From NCBI GenBank assembly GCA_963778115.1, contig CAVZSV010000004.1, positions 704,001 to 768,000 on the forward strand: a DNA stretch of 64,000 nt, written 5' to 3'. The stretch is from an uncultured delta proteobacterium (GTDB lineage Bacteria > Bdellovibrionota > FAC87 > UBA2466). This document shows, piece after piece, positions 40,961-51,066 of the stretch. Numbering within the stretch: the first letter of the stretch is position 1; every line of letters begins with the position of its first letter. The notes below the pieces were generated by a model. The model was not told the origin of the DNA. It worked only from the letters and a program-made list of their open reading frames with translations, and made no database searches. The translations under genes were made by a program, and so were the position numbers.

Positions 40961-41662
40961 CTATTTTGGGGTCGCGGATGTCGCGAACCGCAAAAAAGCG
41001 TCTACCAAACGGTGGCCAAAATCAAGCGCGGCGCTGCGTTCACATCCTCTGTTTTTAAGGAAACAGTCGGTCGCTTCGGGATGGCCTTGGACGCTCCAGA
41101 CAGGAAGCGTCGGATGGTTTAGGGCTTCGATAGCGATCTCGGGACTTCGGCCCACCACCTTTAACGCAGGGCCACAGTCCGCGACCATTTCACAGTGAGA
41201 GACACAAAGATGGCCCTGTAGCGGGGTTGTCCCCCAAAGGGGATTAGGGTCGAGAGTAATCTTTCGAGTCCCTAGATGAGATTTCCGATCGAGAAAAACG
41301 TAGTCGATTTTTCCTCCAAAAAGATGGGCCAGCATCTGATGGCCGTAACAAATTCCAAAAAAAGGAATTCCGGATTGGATTTTTGGATATACCCAAGCCT
41401 CCAATTCCTTTTGCCATTCACTGCGATCGTTAATGCTTGCGGCACTTCCAAAACAGATGATGCCGGCAATGGAATCGGTTGAGGTTTCGCTCTCAAGGGA
41501 TCGCAATCCAAAGAGGCCAGGAAGGTGATAGGTGACGGGAAGGTCCGAAACCTTAGTAAGCCGATTGAGGGACTGCAGTTCCGGACGTCGAGTTCCCGGA
41601 TCAATCACTAGGATGTGGCGTCTTGAGCTTCTACTAGCTGGCGAAGAAGACATGGAAGCCAT
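40961..41662 (-). CDS. Type 1 glutamine amidotransferase (GMP synthase-like)
   Basis: GICYGHQ and QGHPE catalytic motifs. Confidence 0.9.
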   Translation of the reverse strand: MASMSSSPASRSSRRHILVIDPGTRRPELQSLNRLTKVSDLPVTYHLPGLFGLRSLESETSTDSIAGIICFGSAASINDRSEWQKELEAWVYPKIQSGIPFFGICYGHQMLAHLFGGKIDYVFLDRKSHLGTRKITLDPNPLWGTTPLQGHLCVSHCEMVADCGPALKVVGRSPEIAIEALNHPTLPVWSVQGHPEATDCFLKNRGCERSAALDFGHRLVDAFLRFATSATPK

Positions 41663-41717
41663 TTTAGCATAAGATGTTGCACAAGCGCATAACGCGCGCT
41701 CTCTAACTGCAAAATCA

Positions 41718-43121
41718 ATGAGTAACGTCAGCGATCTGAATAATTCCCTGGAACGAATCGTAGGCCCTTCTCACGTTCTTTCTGATCCGGAAGAATGTAC
41801 CCGGTATGGCATGGATTGGACCCAAACTCCAGGTCGAGCGCTTATCGTGGTCCTTCCTAAAACGACGGACGAGGTCTCAAAAATACTGAAGCTCTGCCTC
41901 GATGCTAACGTCGCCGTGATCGCCTCCGGGGGACGAACCGGGTTAGCGGGGGGAGTCACCGCGACCGATCGCCAAGTGGCTTTGAGTCTGCAACGGATGG
42001 ATGGAATGGGAGAGGTCGACATCGCAGGGCGCACCCTTCGAGTTCAAGCGGGTGTCGTGACCCAGAAGGTTCACGAAACTTGTGAGGCCCATGACCTTAC
42101 TTGGCCCATTGATCTTGCCGCGAAAGGAAGCAGTACTATCGGGGGGAATCTTTCCACCAACGCCGGAGGAGTCCGAGTCGTCCGTTACGGAATGGCTCGT
42201 AAATGGGTGATGGCTTTGCAGGCCGTACTTATCGACGGAACCGTGCTGGAACTAAATCATGGTTTGGAGAAAAACAATACCGGCTATGATCTGATGCAGC
42301 TTCTATTGGGAAGTGAAGGAACCTTAGCGGTCATCACAGAGGCGACTTTAAAACTAACACCCGTGGTCCCCCAGGTGTCCGTCTGCATGCTCGCCGTTCG
42401 AGACGTCCTAGCGTTGAGCGAACTTTTCATCGAGGTCCGAAAAGCTTCGTTCGATGTGATGGCTTGCGAATTTTTTTCGAGAAACTGCCAAATGGCCGTT
42501 GAAAAACAACTTAAGAGAAAGATGCCGTTGCAAGTTCCCTCCCCGTTTTATCTTCTACTAGAGATCGCACGATCTGCCGGTGAAGGGAGCCGATCAGCAC
42601 TAGAGGATTGGCTAGCAATTGCACTCGAAAAGGGGCTTGTCCTCGACGGCACCATAGCCGAATCGAGTCAGGAAAGTAGATCCCTTTGGACGTTACGAGA
42701 AGGCATTACCGAAAGCATTGCCCGCACTGGCCCCGTTCGCAAATACGACGTAGCGGTTCCGGTAGCCCAAACCTCTCGTTTTCTATCCGATGCCCAGACC
42801 CTTTTTGATGGGATGAAGTTACCTATTGATCTCTATCTTTTCGGACATCTGGGAGACGGAAGTCCTCACCTTAATTTGGTGAAACAGGAGTCGGCGTCAG
42901 TAGAAAGTTTCATTCAAGGATTCGAACGTTTTGAAAAGGCGCTCTATCCGCTGGTGAAGTCTTACCAGGGAAGCGTTTCCGCCGAACATGGCGTGGGGCT
43001 ACTGAAAAAATCATGGTTGCTCTATAGCCGGACGCCCGCGGAGCTTGAGATTTTTAGGCAAATTAAAAGGGCGTTTGATCCTAAGAATTTGTTGAATCCA
43101 GGGAAGGTGATTGATCTGTAG
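41718..43121 (+). CDS. FAD-binding oxidoreductase (D-2-hydroxyacid dehydrogenase/GlcD family)
   Basis: GGRTGLAGG, GGNLSTNAGG, GSEGTL, SAEHGVG, FDPKNLLNPGKV. Confidence 0.92.
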   Translation: MSNVSDLNNSLERIVGPSHVLSDPEECTRYGMDWTQTPGRALIVVLPKTTDEVSKILKLCLDANVAVIASGGRTGLAGGVTATDRQVALSLQRMDGMGEVDIAGRTLRVQAGVVTQKVHETCEAHDLTWPIDLAAKGSSTIGGNLSTNAGGVRVVRYGMARKWVMALQAVLIDGTVLELNHGLEKNNTGYDLMQLLLGSEGTLAVITEATLKLTPVVPQVSVCMLAVRDVLALSELFIEVRKASFDVMACEFFSRNCQMAVEKQLKRKMPLQVPSPFYLLLEIARSAGEGSRSALEDWLAIALEKGLVLDGTIAESSQESRSLWTLREGITESIARTGPVRKYDVAVPVAQTSRFLSDAQTLFDGMKLPIDLYLFGHLGDGSPHLNLVKQESASVESFIQGFERFEKALYPLVKSYQGSVSAEHGVGLLKKSWLLYSRTPAELEIFRQIKRAFDPKNLLNPGKVIDL

Positions 43122-43123
43122 TT

Positions 43124-43876
43124 TTAGGATCTGCTACTCGTAAAACGAACACCTAAAATAGAAAGTTCGTACAGCAAATACATCGGAATCATTACCGCAG
43201 CCAACGTCACCGCATCCGGTGACGGAGTGGCAATCGATGAGACCACCGCGATAACAAGGATCGCGTGCTTTCGGTAGCGGACTAGAAATTGATGGGTGAC
43301 CAGTCCGAAGCGGCCGAGCAGAACCATGATTACGGGAAGTTCAAAAACGATTCCGGCAATCATCATGATTTTAATCGTGAGAGAGAAATATTCCGTGAGC
43401 GTTATCAGGGGAACATCTTCTTTATTGCCGAAGTGAATAAGATACTCATAGCCCATGGGAATAATCACGAAGTAAGCAAACGAGATTCCCACCAGAAAGC
43501 TCAAAGTCCCAAAGATAATGAAGGGGCCCGCAAACCGTTTCTGGGACTTGTCCAAAAAAGGAGCGAGCAGGCGCCAAACTTGAGAGAGCAGATAAGGAAA
43601 GGTGATGGCTATCGATGCCAAAACGCTAATCTGCATATAGACCATAAATTTGTCAGTGATACCGGTGTAGTACAAAGTCTTTTGAGCATCGGGGAGAACT
43701 CGAAGTAAAGGCTGTTGCAGATACTTAACGATGGCGTCCGAAAAGTAGAAAGTGCCGCACCAGCCGACAAAAACGACGAGCACCATTCTCATCAAAGCTC
43801 GACGGAGTTCGTCTAAGTGATTCCAAAGGGGCTTGCCTTGAGATTCGGCCGCGCTGCTGCTACTTGAAGGTTCCAT
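43124..43876 (-). CDS. tatC: Twin-arginine translocase subunit TatC
   Basis: HLDELRR, FELP, TPSPD, PMYLLYELS. Confidence 0.95.
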   Translation of the reverse strand: MEPSSSSSAAESQGKPLWNHLDELRRALMRMVLVVFVGWCGTFYFSDAIVKYLQQPLLRVLPDAQKTLYYTGITDKFMVYMQISVLASIAITFPYLLSQVWRLLAPFLDKSQKRFAGPFIIFGTLSFLVGISFAYFVIIPMGYEYLIHFGNKEDVPLITLTEYFSLTIKIMMIAGIVFELPVIMVLLGRFGLVTHQFLVRYRKHAILVIAVVSSIATPSPDAVTLAAVMIPMYLLYELSILGVRFTSSRS

Positions 43877-43890
43877 CGGAGTTGGCTGAA

Positions 43891-44124
43891 TTACGTTTTC
43901 GGTTTGGATGTGGTGTCTCCCCCAGCAGTCGATGTCGGGGCGGGCTCTGTCTTTTCAGGCACCTTGGGAGGAGCCGGTGTCTCCTCTTCGCCATCCAACG
44001 CTTTTTTGAAATCCCTAATTCCCTTTCCCAGACTCTTTCCCAATTCAGGGAGACGCTTGGGTCCAAAGAGCAAGAGTCCTGCCGCCCCAATCACCAAAAG
44101 CTCGGGAAGTCCTAAATTAAACAT
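43891..44124 (-). CDS. tatA: Twin-arginine translocase subunit TatA
   Basis: GLPELLVI..LLFGPKRLPELGKSLGKGIRDFKKA. Confidence 0.95.
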   Translation of the reverse strand: MFNLGLPELLVIGAAGLLLFGPKRLPELGKSLGKGIRDFKKALDGEEETPAPPKVPEKTEPAPTSTAGGDTTSKPKT

Positions 44125-44224
44125 GGAGTTACCACAGCCCTTTCCAAATACCTTGTCAATATTACCACCAGACTATTTCTTTTCGGTGCTTATCGGAAAC
44201 TATTCCCAAAAAATTGAGAAGAAC

Positions 44225-46174
44225 TTATCCGTGGGCAGCGACTTCCGCGGCACATGCCGCCGCGTCATCCGCCGTAAAGGGCTGGTACTTCTGGACGGAA
44301 ATGGTAGTCCGGCGCTCTTTCCCAAAGGAACGCCGGGAAACTCTTGCGGTCGGCATCTGGGCCAGTTCGCGCTTAAATTCACTATTGGCGTACATCCTTA
44401 AAATGGTATCGACGAGCGTCGGAGTTAGAAATTTTGGAGAGACTACTTCATTAAGGGACCGGTACTTCGTTCTTAGCAAGTCTGGCGTAAGATGGTTTTC
44501 GATAAGGTCTTTCAAGAGGGGATCGACGATGCGGTAGGGAGGAAATTTGTCGGTAGTGAGCTGCGCTTTGAGAAGTTCCGCCGTGGGCTCCTTTTCCAGG
44601 ATTTTTACCGGGATGACTTCCCTCCCTGCCAGGTGATTGATATGGAATCCCAAATCCCAAAGGTCGGTCTTATAAAGATCCCCGTTAATAGCATAGACGC
44701 CTGCGATGTCACCGAAAATGGTTCCGTTTCCCAGAGCCAGTTCACTTTTGTCGCTGGTAGCAAGTTTGGCGGCCTTACGACTTAGAAACTTTGCCCACCT
44801 GGGATCTCTCTGGCGGAGTCTTTCGACAACGCCTTCAAAGCCCGGGTGCGTATTCCCCGTAAGATTAGAGATGAAAAATTCTAGAATCATCCTAACTCGG
44901 GCCTGAATATTTTCCACAGCAACGCGTCCGCCATCGAAGCTCATAAGATCATCGCTTTCGATCCCCTGGCCTCGTAATGCCTCAATAATGGCGTCGACAA
45001 CCCCCTGGATGGGAAGTGTCAGAACATTCTCAGGGGGAATGCCTAGATTCTTAATGAGCACGTCGGTATCGGTAATACTTCCTTCCGATGAAAAATCGCT
45101 TGGCATCTTGATCGCAAAAACATTTTCAGCTCCCAGAGCCCGAACCGCGAAAGCGGCGGCCATCGTCGAATCAAGGCCTCCGGAGAATCCAAAGACCACC
45201 GAATCGTGGTTAATCAAGTGAGCGAACTCTCTCACTCCCACTTCAATCGCGGAAAGTCGCTGATCTATCTCGGATTGACTCGTTTGCCGCCCACGCCCGG
45301 CCATGTTCTCCAATACGGGAGCCTGAGTCTTGTCTTTCGAGACGCTAACCACCTCGAAATCGGGCCTCCACGAAGCCAGACGGAAAGCAACCTTCCCTTG
45401 GGCATTCAAACCAAACGAGGATCCATCGAAGATAAGTTGATCGACAACGCCAAACTGATTTAACCAAAGTACCGGAGCATTCACCCTTCTAGCGACATCG
45501 CCATGAACCTCGTGCCTTAGGGGAATTTTTCCTTCGTTCCAAGGGCTGGCTGACAAAGAGATGACAAGCTCTGGATTGAGATCGCGGATATGAGCGATGG
45601 TGTTATCGTGGTAAATGAGCCTTCCGTCCTGTCGGTCATAGAACCAGAGATCTTCGCAAATGGCTAAGACGACCTTCATATTTCGGATATAGAACGGCTT
45701 AATTCCTTTGATAGATCCTTTTTCAAAATACCGACCGTCATCGAAAGGGCCGTAAGTTGGCAAAAGAACTTTGGCTTGGCGGTGGATCTCCTTTCCAAAC
45801 TGGCAAACGCGCCCGAAATTTTGAAGATGCCGCCCCATGGGTTGGGGATTTTTTTCCACCGAACCGAACGCCACGGCGGTAAGGACATGGTGGGTCGCCG
45901 AACACAGGGCATCAGCGGCCAATTGGGACCTTTCGATATAATCCTTATCGAAAAGCATGTCGTTGGAGGGGTAGCCCGGAAATAGTCCTTCAGGCAAAAC
46001 GAGTAAATCGGCCTGTCGCTTTTCAGCTTCTCTGAGCTGCCCGATCGCTTGGCTCAGATTTCCCCGCAAATCGCCGGGACGAACATGCATTTGCCCTAGC
46101 ATCACACGAAGTCCATCCGGACGTGCAAGCCCCACGGAAGAGAGCAGTAAGATTGCCGCAAAAACCCAACGCAT
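44225..46174 (-). CDS. nadE: Glutamine-dependent NAD+ synthetase with an N-terminal signal-peptide-like extension
   Basis: Nitrilase triad LPE/QAKVLLPTY/ICEDLW; SGGLDS, ENIQARVRM, KSE, GDLYKT, PTAEL, EFKR. Confidence 0.9.
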   Translation of the reverse strand: MRWVFAAILLLSSVGLARPDGLRVMLGQMHVRPGDLRGNLSQAIGQLREAEKRQADLLVLPEGLFPGYPSNDMLFDKDYIERSQLAADALCSATHHVLTAVAFGSVEKNPQPMGRHLQNFGRVCQFGKEIHRQAKVLLPTYGPFDDGRYFEKGSIKGIKPFYIRNMKVVLAICEDLWFYDRQDGRLIYHDNTIAHIRDLNPELVISLSASPWNEGKIPLRHEVHGDVARRVNAPVLWLNQFGVVDQLIFDGSSFGLNAQGKVAFRLASWRPDFEVVSVSKDKTQAPVLENMAGRGRQTSQSEIDQRLSAIEVGVREFAHLINHDSVVFGFSGGLDSTMAAAFAVRALGAENVFAIKMPSDFSSEGSITDTDVLIKNLGIPPENVLTLPIQGVVDAIIEALRGQGIESDDLMSFDGGRVAVENIQARVRMILEFFISNLTGNTHPGFEGVVERLRQRDPRWAKFLSRKAAKLATSDKSELALGNGTIFGDIAGVYAINGDLYKTDLWDLGFHINHLAGREVIPVKILEKEPTAELLKAQLTTDKFPPYRIVDPLLKDLIENHLTPDLLRTKYRSLNEVVSPKFLTPTLVDTILRMYANSEFKRELAQMPTARVSRRSFGKERRTTISVQKYQPFTADDAAACAAEVAAHG

Positions 46175-46323
46175 ACCCACCACCTAGTGATTTATTCCCT
46201 TACCTCAATTCGCTAACATTCGAATTACGGATGTGTCAACGCGGCATAGCTATCAACATTCTCTTCTAGGGTTGAGAAAAGGTGAACTCACGACTACCCT
46301 TACGTTATCTTTAGAGGTGTGGC

Positions 46324-47913
46324 TTGCGAAAATTCTTCATAGTAACTTCCGTAGTCCTCATAACGGGGCTCGCCATAGCGACCTATTTTTTCCCGGATGT
46401 GGGTTGGTTCTTCGTTTTGGTCGCACCAGTGGTTCTTCTCGGTTGGTTCGATATCTCGCAGAACCGACACGCGATCTTAAGAAATTTTCCGATCATAGGC
46501 CACTTCCGTTATTTATTGGAGGCGATTCGTCCCGAAATAAATCAATATTTCATCGAGTCTAGCACGGACGGCACGCCGCTTAGCCGCGAAACCCGTTCCA
46601 TCGTCTACCAACGAGGAAAGATGGAGCTCGATACGCTTCCTTTTGGAACCCGGTTAAATGTTTATGAGATAGGTTACGAGTGGGTGAATCATTCCCTAGC
46701 TCCTACTCACGTTGATCCCGACTCGTTGAGAGTTACGATTGGAAGTCCCCAATGTGACCAACCCTATTCTTCTAGCATCTTTAATATCTCGGCCATGAGT
46801 TACGGAAGTCTCAGCCAAAACGCAGTCGAAGCACTTAACGCAGGGGCTAAGATGGGTCGTTTCTCTCACGATACCGGTGAAGGAGGGCTTACTCGATACC
46901 ATTTGGAAAATGGCGGCGATATCGTATGGGAATTGGGTACGGCCTACTTTGGCTGTCGCACCTCGGACGGAAAATTTTCACCCGAAAATTTTCAACAGAA
47001 AGCGATTCACCCTTCGGTGAAGATGATCGCCATCAAACTCTCTCAAGGGGCAAAACCAGGTCACGGAGGAATCTTACCCGCGGCAAAACTTACTCCCGAG
47101 ATAGCCGAGATTCGGGGAGTTCCCTTGGGACAAGACGTTGTCTCCCCGCCCGCGCACACTGCCTTTACGACTCCGATAGAGTTATTGGAATTTGTCGCAA
47201 AACTAAGAGAGTTCTCGGGCGGAAAGCCCGTGGGATTTAAGCTTTGCATAGGCAAGCGACGAGAGTTTATTGCTATTGGGAAGGCGATAGTAAAGACCGG
47301 CATCTATCCTGACTTTATCACCGTCGATGGGGGCGAAGGAGGAACGGGAGCGGCACCTCTTGAATTTTCCAATTCCGTGGGAACCCCCCTTAAAGAGGGG
47401 CTCGTCTTTGTCCACAATACGCTAGTGGGATTTGGAGTTCGCAAACACATCACAGTGATGTGCAGCGGGAAGGTCGTGACAGGTTTCGATGTGATAAGCA
47501 AATTGGCGTTGGGGGCCGACATCTGCAATTCCGCGCGAGCCATGATGTTGGCATTGGGATGCATACAAGCACTTCGCTGCAATACCAATAAATGTCCTAC
47601 CGGTGTCGCAACTCAAGACCCGGCCCTCGTTTCGGGGCTCGTGGTAAGTGATAAGAAAACTCGAGTCGCTAATTACCATCGTGAAACAGTAAAATCGGTA
47701 GCTGACCTAATGGGAGCCATGGGAATCAAACACACTTGTGATATCAAGCCCTGGCATCTTATGAAGCGAACCGGGCTTTCGGAGGCTAAACACCATGGCG
47801 AACTTTATGAGTTTCTCTCTGACGGAGACTTGCTAAAATCTCCGGTACCCGCATCCTTTTCGAGAGCGTTTATTTCGTCTACCGCGGACAGTTTTCAACC
47901 GCTAACGGGGTGA
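46324..47913 (+). CDS. FMN-binding glutamate synthase family protein (GlxD/YerD-like)
   Basis: ISAMSYGSLS, TGEGG, KLSQGAKPGHGG, DGGEGGTGAAP, CIQALRCNTNKCPTG. Confidence 0.92.
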   Translation: MRKFFIVTSVVLITGLAIATYFFPDVGWFFVLVAPVVLLGWFDISQNRHAILRNFPIIGHFRYLLEAIRPEINQYFIESSTDGTPLSRETRSIVYQRGKMELDTLPFGTRLNVYEIGYEWVNHSLAPTHVDPDSLRVTIGSPQCDQPYSSSIFNISAMSYGSLSQNAVEALNAGAKMGRFSHDTGEGGLTRYHLENGGDIVWELGTAYFGCRTSDGKFSPENFQQKAIHPSVKMIAIKLSQGAKPGHGGILPAAKLTPEIAEIRGVPLGQDVVSPPAHTAFTTPIELLEFVAKLREFSGGKPVGFKLCIGKRREFIAIGKAIVKTGIYPDFITVDGGEGGTGAAPLEFSNSVGTPLKEGLVFVHNTLVGFGVRKHITVMCSGKVVTGFDVISKLALGADICNSARAMMLALGCIQALRCNTNKCPTGVATQDPALVSGLVVSDKKTRVANYHRETVKSVADLMGAMGIKHTCDIKPWHLMKRTGLSEAKHHGELYEFLSDGDLLKSPVPASFSRAFISSTADSFQPLTG

Positions 47914-47916
47914 CTT

Positions 47917-48312
47917 TTGCCGATGATCGGACAAGCACTACTCATCGTTCTCGCCCTTGCTTCCGCGGTGGGAACTTATATCGCCGATTTCGACGAGCAT
48001 CATGTTTTCAATCCATCGTGGACAGCACACGCGAGATTTCATTCGGCGGCGTACGCGATTTTAAATATAGGATGCGCTCTAATCTGCGTCGTTCTTTGTT
48101 TATTTACTCCCTTAGGACGACACTCTTCTTTGGTAATGGCCTGCGCACTGCTCTTTCTAATGGGCCTCGTCTTATTCTTGGCTACCGCCGTAAAGGGGAC
48201 CTCCCCGATCGCAGGGCCTCATGAAAAGATCCTAGCAGGAATCCCTTTGGCCCTTTGGATCAACGCAGGCTATTTACTGGTCTGGGCGCTGGGAAGTTGG
48301 CTTGCCTTCTAA
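47917..48312 (+). CDS. Small membrane protein (DUF6640-like)
   Basis: ADFDEHHVFNPSWTAHARFH, four TM segments. Confidence 0.65.
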   Translation: MPMIGQALLIVLALASAVGTYIADFDEHHVFNPSWTAHARFHSAAYAILNIGCALICVVLCLFTPLGRHSSLVMACALLFLMGLVLFLATAVKGTSPIAGPHEKILAGIPLALWINAGYLLVWALGSWLAF

Positions 48313-48400
48313 AGGTATCTTTGGGGGTCGCTTTACCCAATGCCTTTCCCGCGGTATAATTTTGTCGTCTGATTAACCCCTCCCTGGAAAGGTCGAACCC

Positions 48401-49078
48401 GTGCCACGCATTCTTTCAACTATGAAGTTGTGGTTTGTTCCCGAAGGACAGAAGGAATTTACCGTTAAAGCCGGAATTTTAAGAGGTATTCAGATGCGTC
48501 TTGATCTGAAGAGCCACACTCAAGTCCTCTTAGGACTTTATGAACGAGAAATTTTTGGGTGGTTTCGACGTTTCGTCCAAAATGCTCAAACCGCTATCGA
48601 CATCGGAAGCGGAATGGGAATGTACACTCTTTATTTTTTAAAAAATACTACGATTCCCAAAGTGATCGCCGTGGAGCCTCATCCCGAAAAGCGCGCAGAG
48701 CTGATGGATCATCTAAAATTGAATGGGTATGAAGGAGCTCGCCGAATCGAAGTCGTAGCGAAATATGTCAATAGTTATAACGATAAAAACGAAGTGACTT
48801 TAGATTCCATGACGGTCGGTTTAAATGGTCCCATTGTCGTAAAAATGGACGTCGATACCCTAGAAGTGAAGATACTAGAAGGAGCCGCACAATTTTTGAG
48901 ACGCCCCGACGTCCGCTGGATCATAGAGACCCACTCCAAACAGCTCGAACGTGACTGTTTTTCGATTTTCAAAAAAGCAGGGTACCGGACCAAAATCGTT
49001 AAGAATGCGTGGTGGAGGCTTTTCCTACCAGAGCTTCGCCCCATCGAACAAAACCGTTGGATGGTAGCCTATCGTTAG
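48401..49078 (+). CDS. FkbM family methyltransferase
   Basis: GLYERE, IDIGSGMG, AVEP, VKMDVDTLEVKILEGA, IETH. Confidence 0.85.
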   Translation: MPRILSTMKLWFVPEGQKEFTVKAGILRGIQMRLDLKSHTQVLLGLYEREIFGWFRRFVQNAQTAIDIGSGMGMYTLYFLKNTTIPKVIAVEPHPEKRAELMDHLKLNGYEGARRIEVVAKYVNSYNDKNEVTLDSMTVGLNGPIVVKMDVDTLEVKILEGAAQFLRRPDVRWIIETHSKQLERDCFSIFKKAGYRTKIVKNAWWRLFLPELRPIEQNRWMVAYR

Positions 49079-49092
49079 GATAAGTAGGTCTT

Positions 49093-49440
49093 GTGAGCTC
49101 AGACGAATCCAATGACGACACGAAGGGCGGCGCCAAGCCGGCCAGTAAGCCAACGAGTAAAAATGTCCCCTCGCTTGCGTTATTGAAAGCGACTCACGTC
49201 TTCCCAGGCACCTACACCATTAAAGCGATAGGATTAAGAGAAGGAGCTTTCGTGGCCCGAGTCGTCGCCGCGGCTCGCGAAGAGCTGGGTATTGACGAAG
49301 ATCCTCCCTATACCTGTCGTGAGTCCGCACAACAGTCCCACATCGCTATCACCCTGGAGCTACCAGTCCTAGTGGCAGAACAGGTGAGAGATGTGTATGA
49401 ACGCTTACTTGAGGTTCCGGGATTGTTGCTGTTGCTTTAA
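49093..49440 (+). CDS. DUF493/YbeD-like protein
   Basis: HVFPGTYTIKAIG, RES..HIAITL, VYERL. Confidence 0.75.
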   Translation: MSSDESNDDTKGGAKPASKPTSKNVPSLALLKATHVFPGTYTIKAIGLREGAFVARVVAAAREELGIDEDPPYTCRESAQQSHIAITLELPVLVAEQVRDVYERLLEVPGLLLLL

Positions 49441-49466
49441 AACTAACGAACTTTGGGAACTCGACC

Positions 49467-49558
49467 AGGCTCATGCTCACGTAAAAAGTTCAGGTTCACG
49501 TCCTGTTCTTAAACCTGAACCTGAACGTATCTCTTAGGCGTGAGCGTGATCCTAAGCA
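49467..49558. repeat. Nested palindromic intergenic element, copy 2
   Basis: AGGCTCATGCTCACG/CGTGAGCGTGATCCT outer arms (13/15); GTTCAGGTTCA/TGAACCTGAAC inner arms. Confidence 0.75.
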
Positions 49559-49574
49559 TACACGGTCTTTCACC

Positions 49575-50033
49575 TTAGAAGTAAACCCACGTCACTCCTG
49601 GATTCACCTGATCCAATTTGTAAGAGCTCACCACCGACAAATTCGAAAGATATTTATGGATCGCTTCCAATAACCTTCCGCTGCCAATCCCATGAACAAT
49701 TTGCAGCCTCTCTAAATCAGCAATGATCGCACGATCGATTCGCATTTCAACTTCGGCGAGTGCCGCAGCGACCGTAAAGCCGTGCAGATCAATGGTCTCC
49801 AACGCCCTGGAGTCTGTCACGGGACGTAAAGCGGGGTGATGCAGTGGAGCCACTTTCTGAGATTTTTTTGCTTTGCGGGTTTTGGGAGGTTCGGAAAGCT
49901 CGGCCCGTTGGCAGGTCACCGACACCGGGCCCACGGAAACCTTGTACTTGCCGTCCTTTAGAAGTTCCGCAACGGTGCCGTCTCTTCGTAAGGAGTTCAC
50001 AAAAACGATATCACCCTTTTTAAACGCGGTCAT
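49575..50033 (-). CDS. Smr/MutS2-like protein (KOW + Smr domain)
   Basis: FKKGDIVFV, IDLHGFTV, IVHGIGSGRL, GVTWV. Confidence 0.9.
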   Translation of the reverse strand: MTAFKKGDIVFVNSLRRDGTVAELLKDGKYKVSVGPVSVTCQRAELSEPPKTRKAKKSQKVAPLHHPALRPVTDSRALETIDLHGFTVAAALAEVEMRIDRAIIADLERLQIVHGIGSGRLLEAIHKYLSNLSVVSSYKLDQVNPGVTWVYF

Positions 50034-50208
50034 AGTGGGTATTGGTTACCAGGCTGCGCTGCTAGAGTCGAGAAAAGTCAGGGGCATTTGTAAAACTCGA
50101 GTGATAACAACGACTTTGTTCAAAACTATCGACGCAACTCCAAAGCCCTCCATTGATTTACTTCGGCAAATTTGGTATTCACGGGCACCTTTTAATGAGG
50201 GATTTTTG

Positions 50209-50952
50209 ATGAAAAAAAGCTTCGCATCTGCTGTCCTTTTGGCTCTGGTATCAAGCTACAGCTTCGGCGCCACTGAAGTTAAGATTTCACCCACAGATTT
50301 CGTAGAAATGGTTTTGGACCATCCGAAAGATTTCCCCATTCTTAGAAGTGATGAGGTTCGCGGCGAAGCCCTTTTGGGTGCTTATTGCGAAACAGGCGGT
50401 AATGAGAAAATCACTTGCACGTACGCTAGAAGAGAAGGTACGGAGGACGGTCTTTTGGAAGTGAGTACCCACGGGTGGGAAGCTACCGTTCTTAATGCCC
50501 CCATTGCCGGCGTCTTAGCCATGAGCGGAGACCTCGCCCGGACCGTGATTCAAAATTTGGTCGAAAACGAAGTGGATCAATGGGATGCCATCATCGCTAA
50601 GACTGTAGTCGAAAACCCGGTCAATTTTCCGGGGATGATTTTTACGCCGCTCAAAAATGATAAATACGATTTTTCCCGTACTAGATGCGTGAGTCAACCC
50701 GATCCCAATAATGCCAAGGTATCTCTTTTGACTTGCTCTTATTCGGACAATCGCCGCCGAAAGTTGAAGCTCTTTCTAGAGGTCGAAAAGGATTCTGTTG
50801 CCTCACTCATTGTCGGGCAAACAGAACCCCCGGCGAGTCGTTTGAAAGGCCCTTTCTTGAAAACGCTAGTGGATTCCATGCATACGTTAGACTTGATTCT
50901 TCGGTTACCGCCGCCTCCCCGGCCGCAAGACGTTCCTCTTGCTATTAACTAG
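50209..50952 (+). CDS. Secreted hypothetical protein with two repeated Cys-pair domains
   Basis: GAGG RBS, MKKS signal peptide SFG-A; DHPKDFP..C..ITCTY and ENPVNFP..C..LTCSY. Confidence 0.7.
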   Translation: MKKSFASAVLLALVSSYSFGATEVKISPTDFVEMVLDHPKDFPILRSDEVRGEALLGAYCETGGNEKITCTYARREGTEDGLLEVSTHGWEATVLNAPIAGVLAMSGDLARTVIQNLVENEVDQWDAIIAKTVVENPVNFPGMIFTPLKNDKYDFSRTRCVSQPDPNNAKVSLLTCSYSDNRRRKLKLFLEVEKDSVASLIVGQTEPPASRLKGPFLKTLVDSMHTLDLILRLPPPPRPQDVPLAIN

Positions 50953-51066
50953 ATCGACGCAGAAACCCGCTCCCACCTTATGCAGTAAGGCTCTTCGAGT
51001 GCGCATTGACGAGAGAATTGCGGCCTGCCACATTCATCCCTTTCACGTAAAATCGAAAGCGAGACG

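Noticed and set aside
49873..50208. N-terminal 112 codons of the 359-aa ORF
   Set aside because: Overlaps the Smr gene on the other strand; the RBS and signal peptide point to ATG 50209
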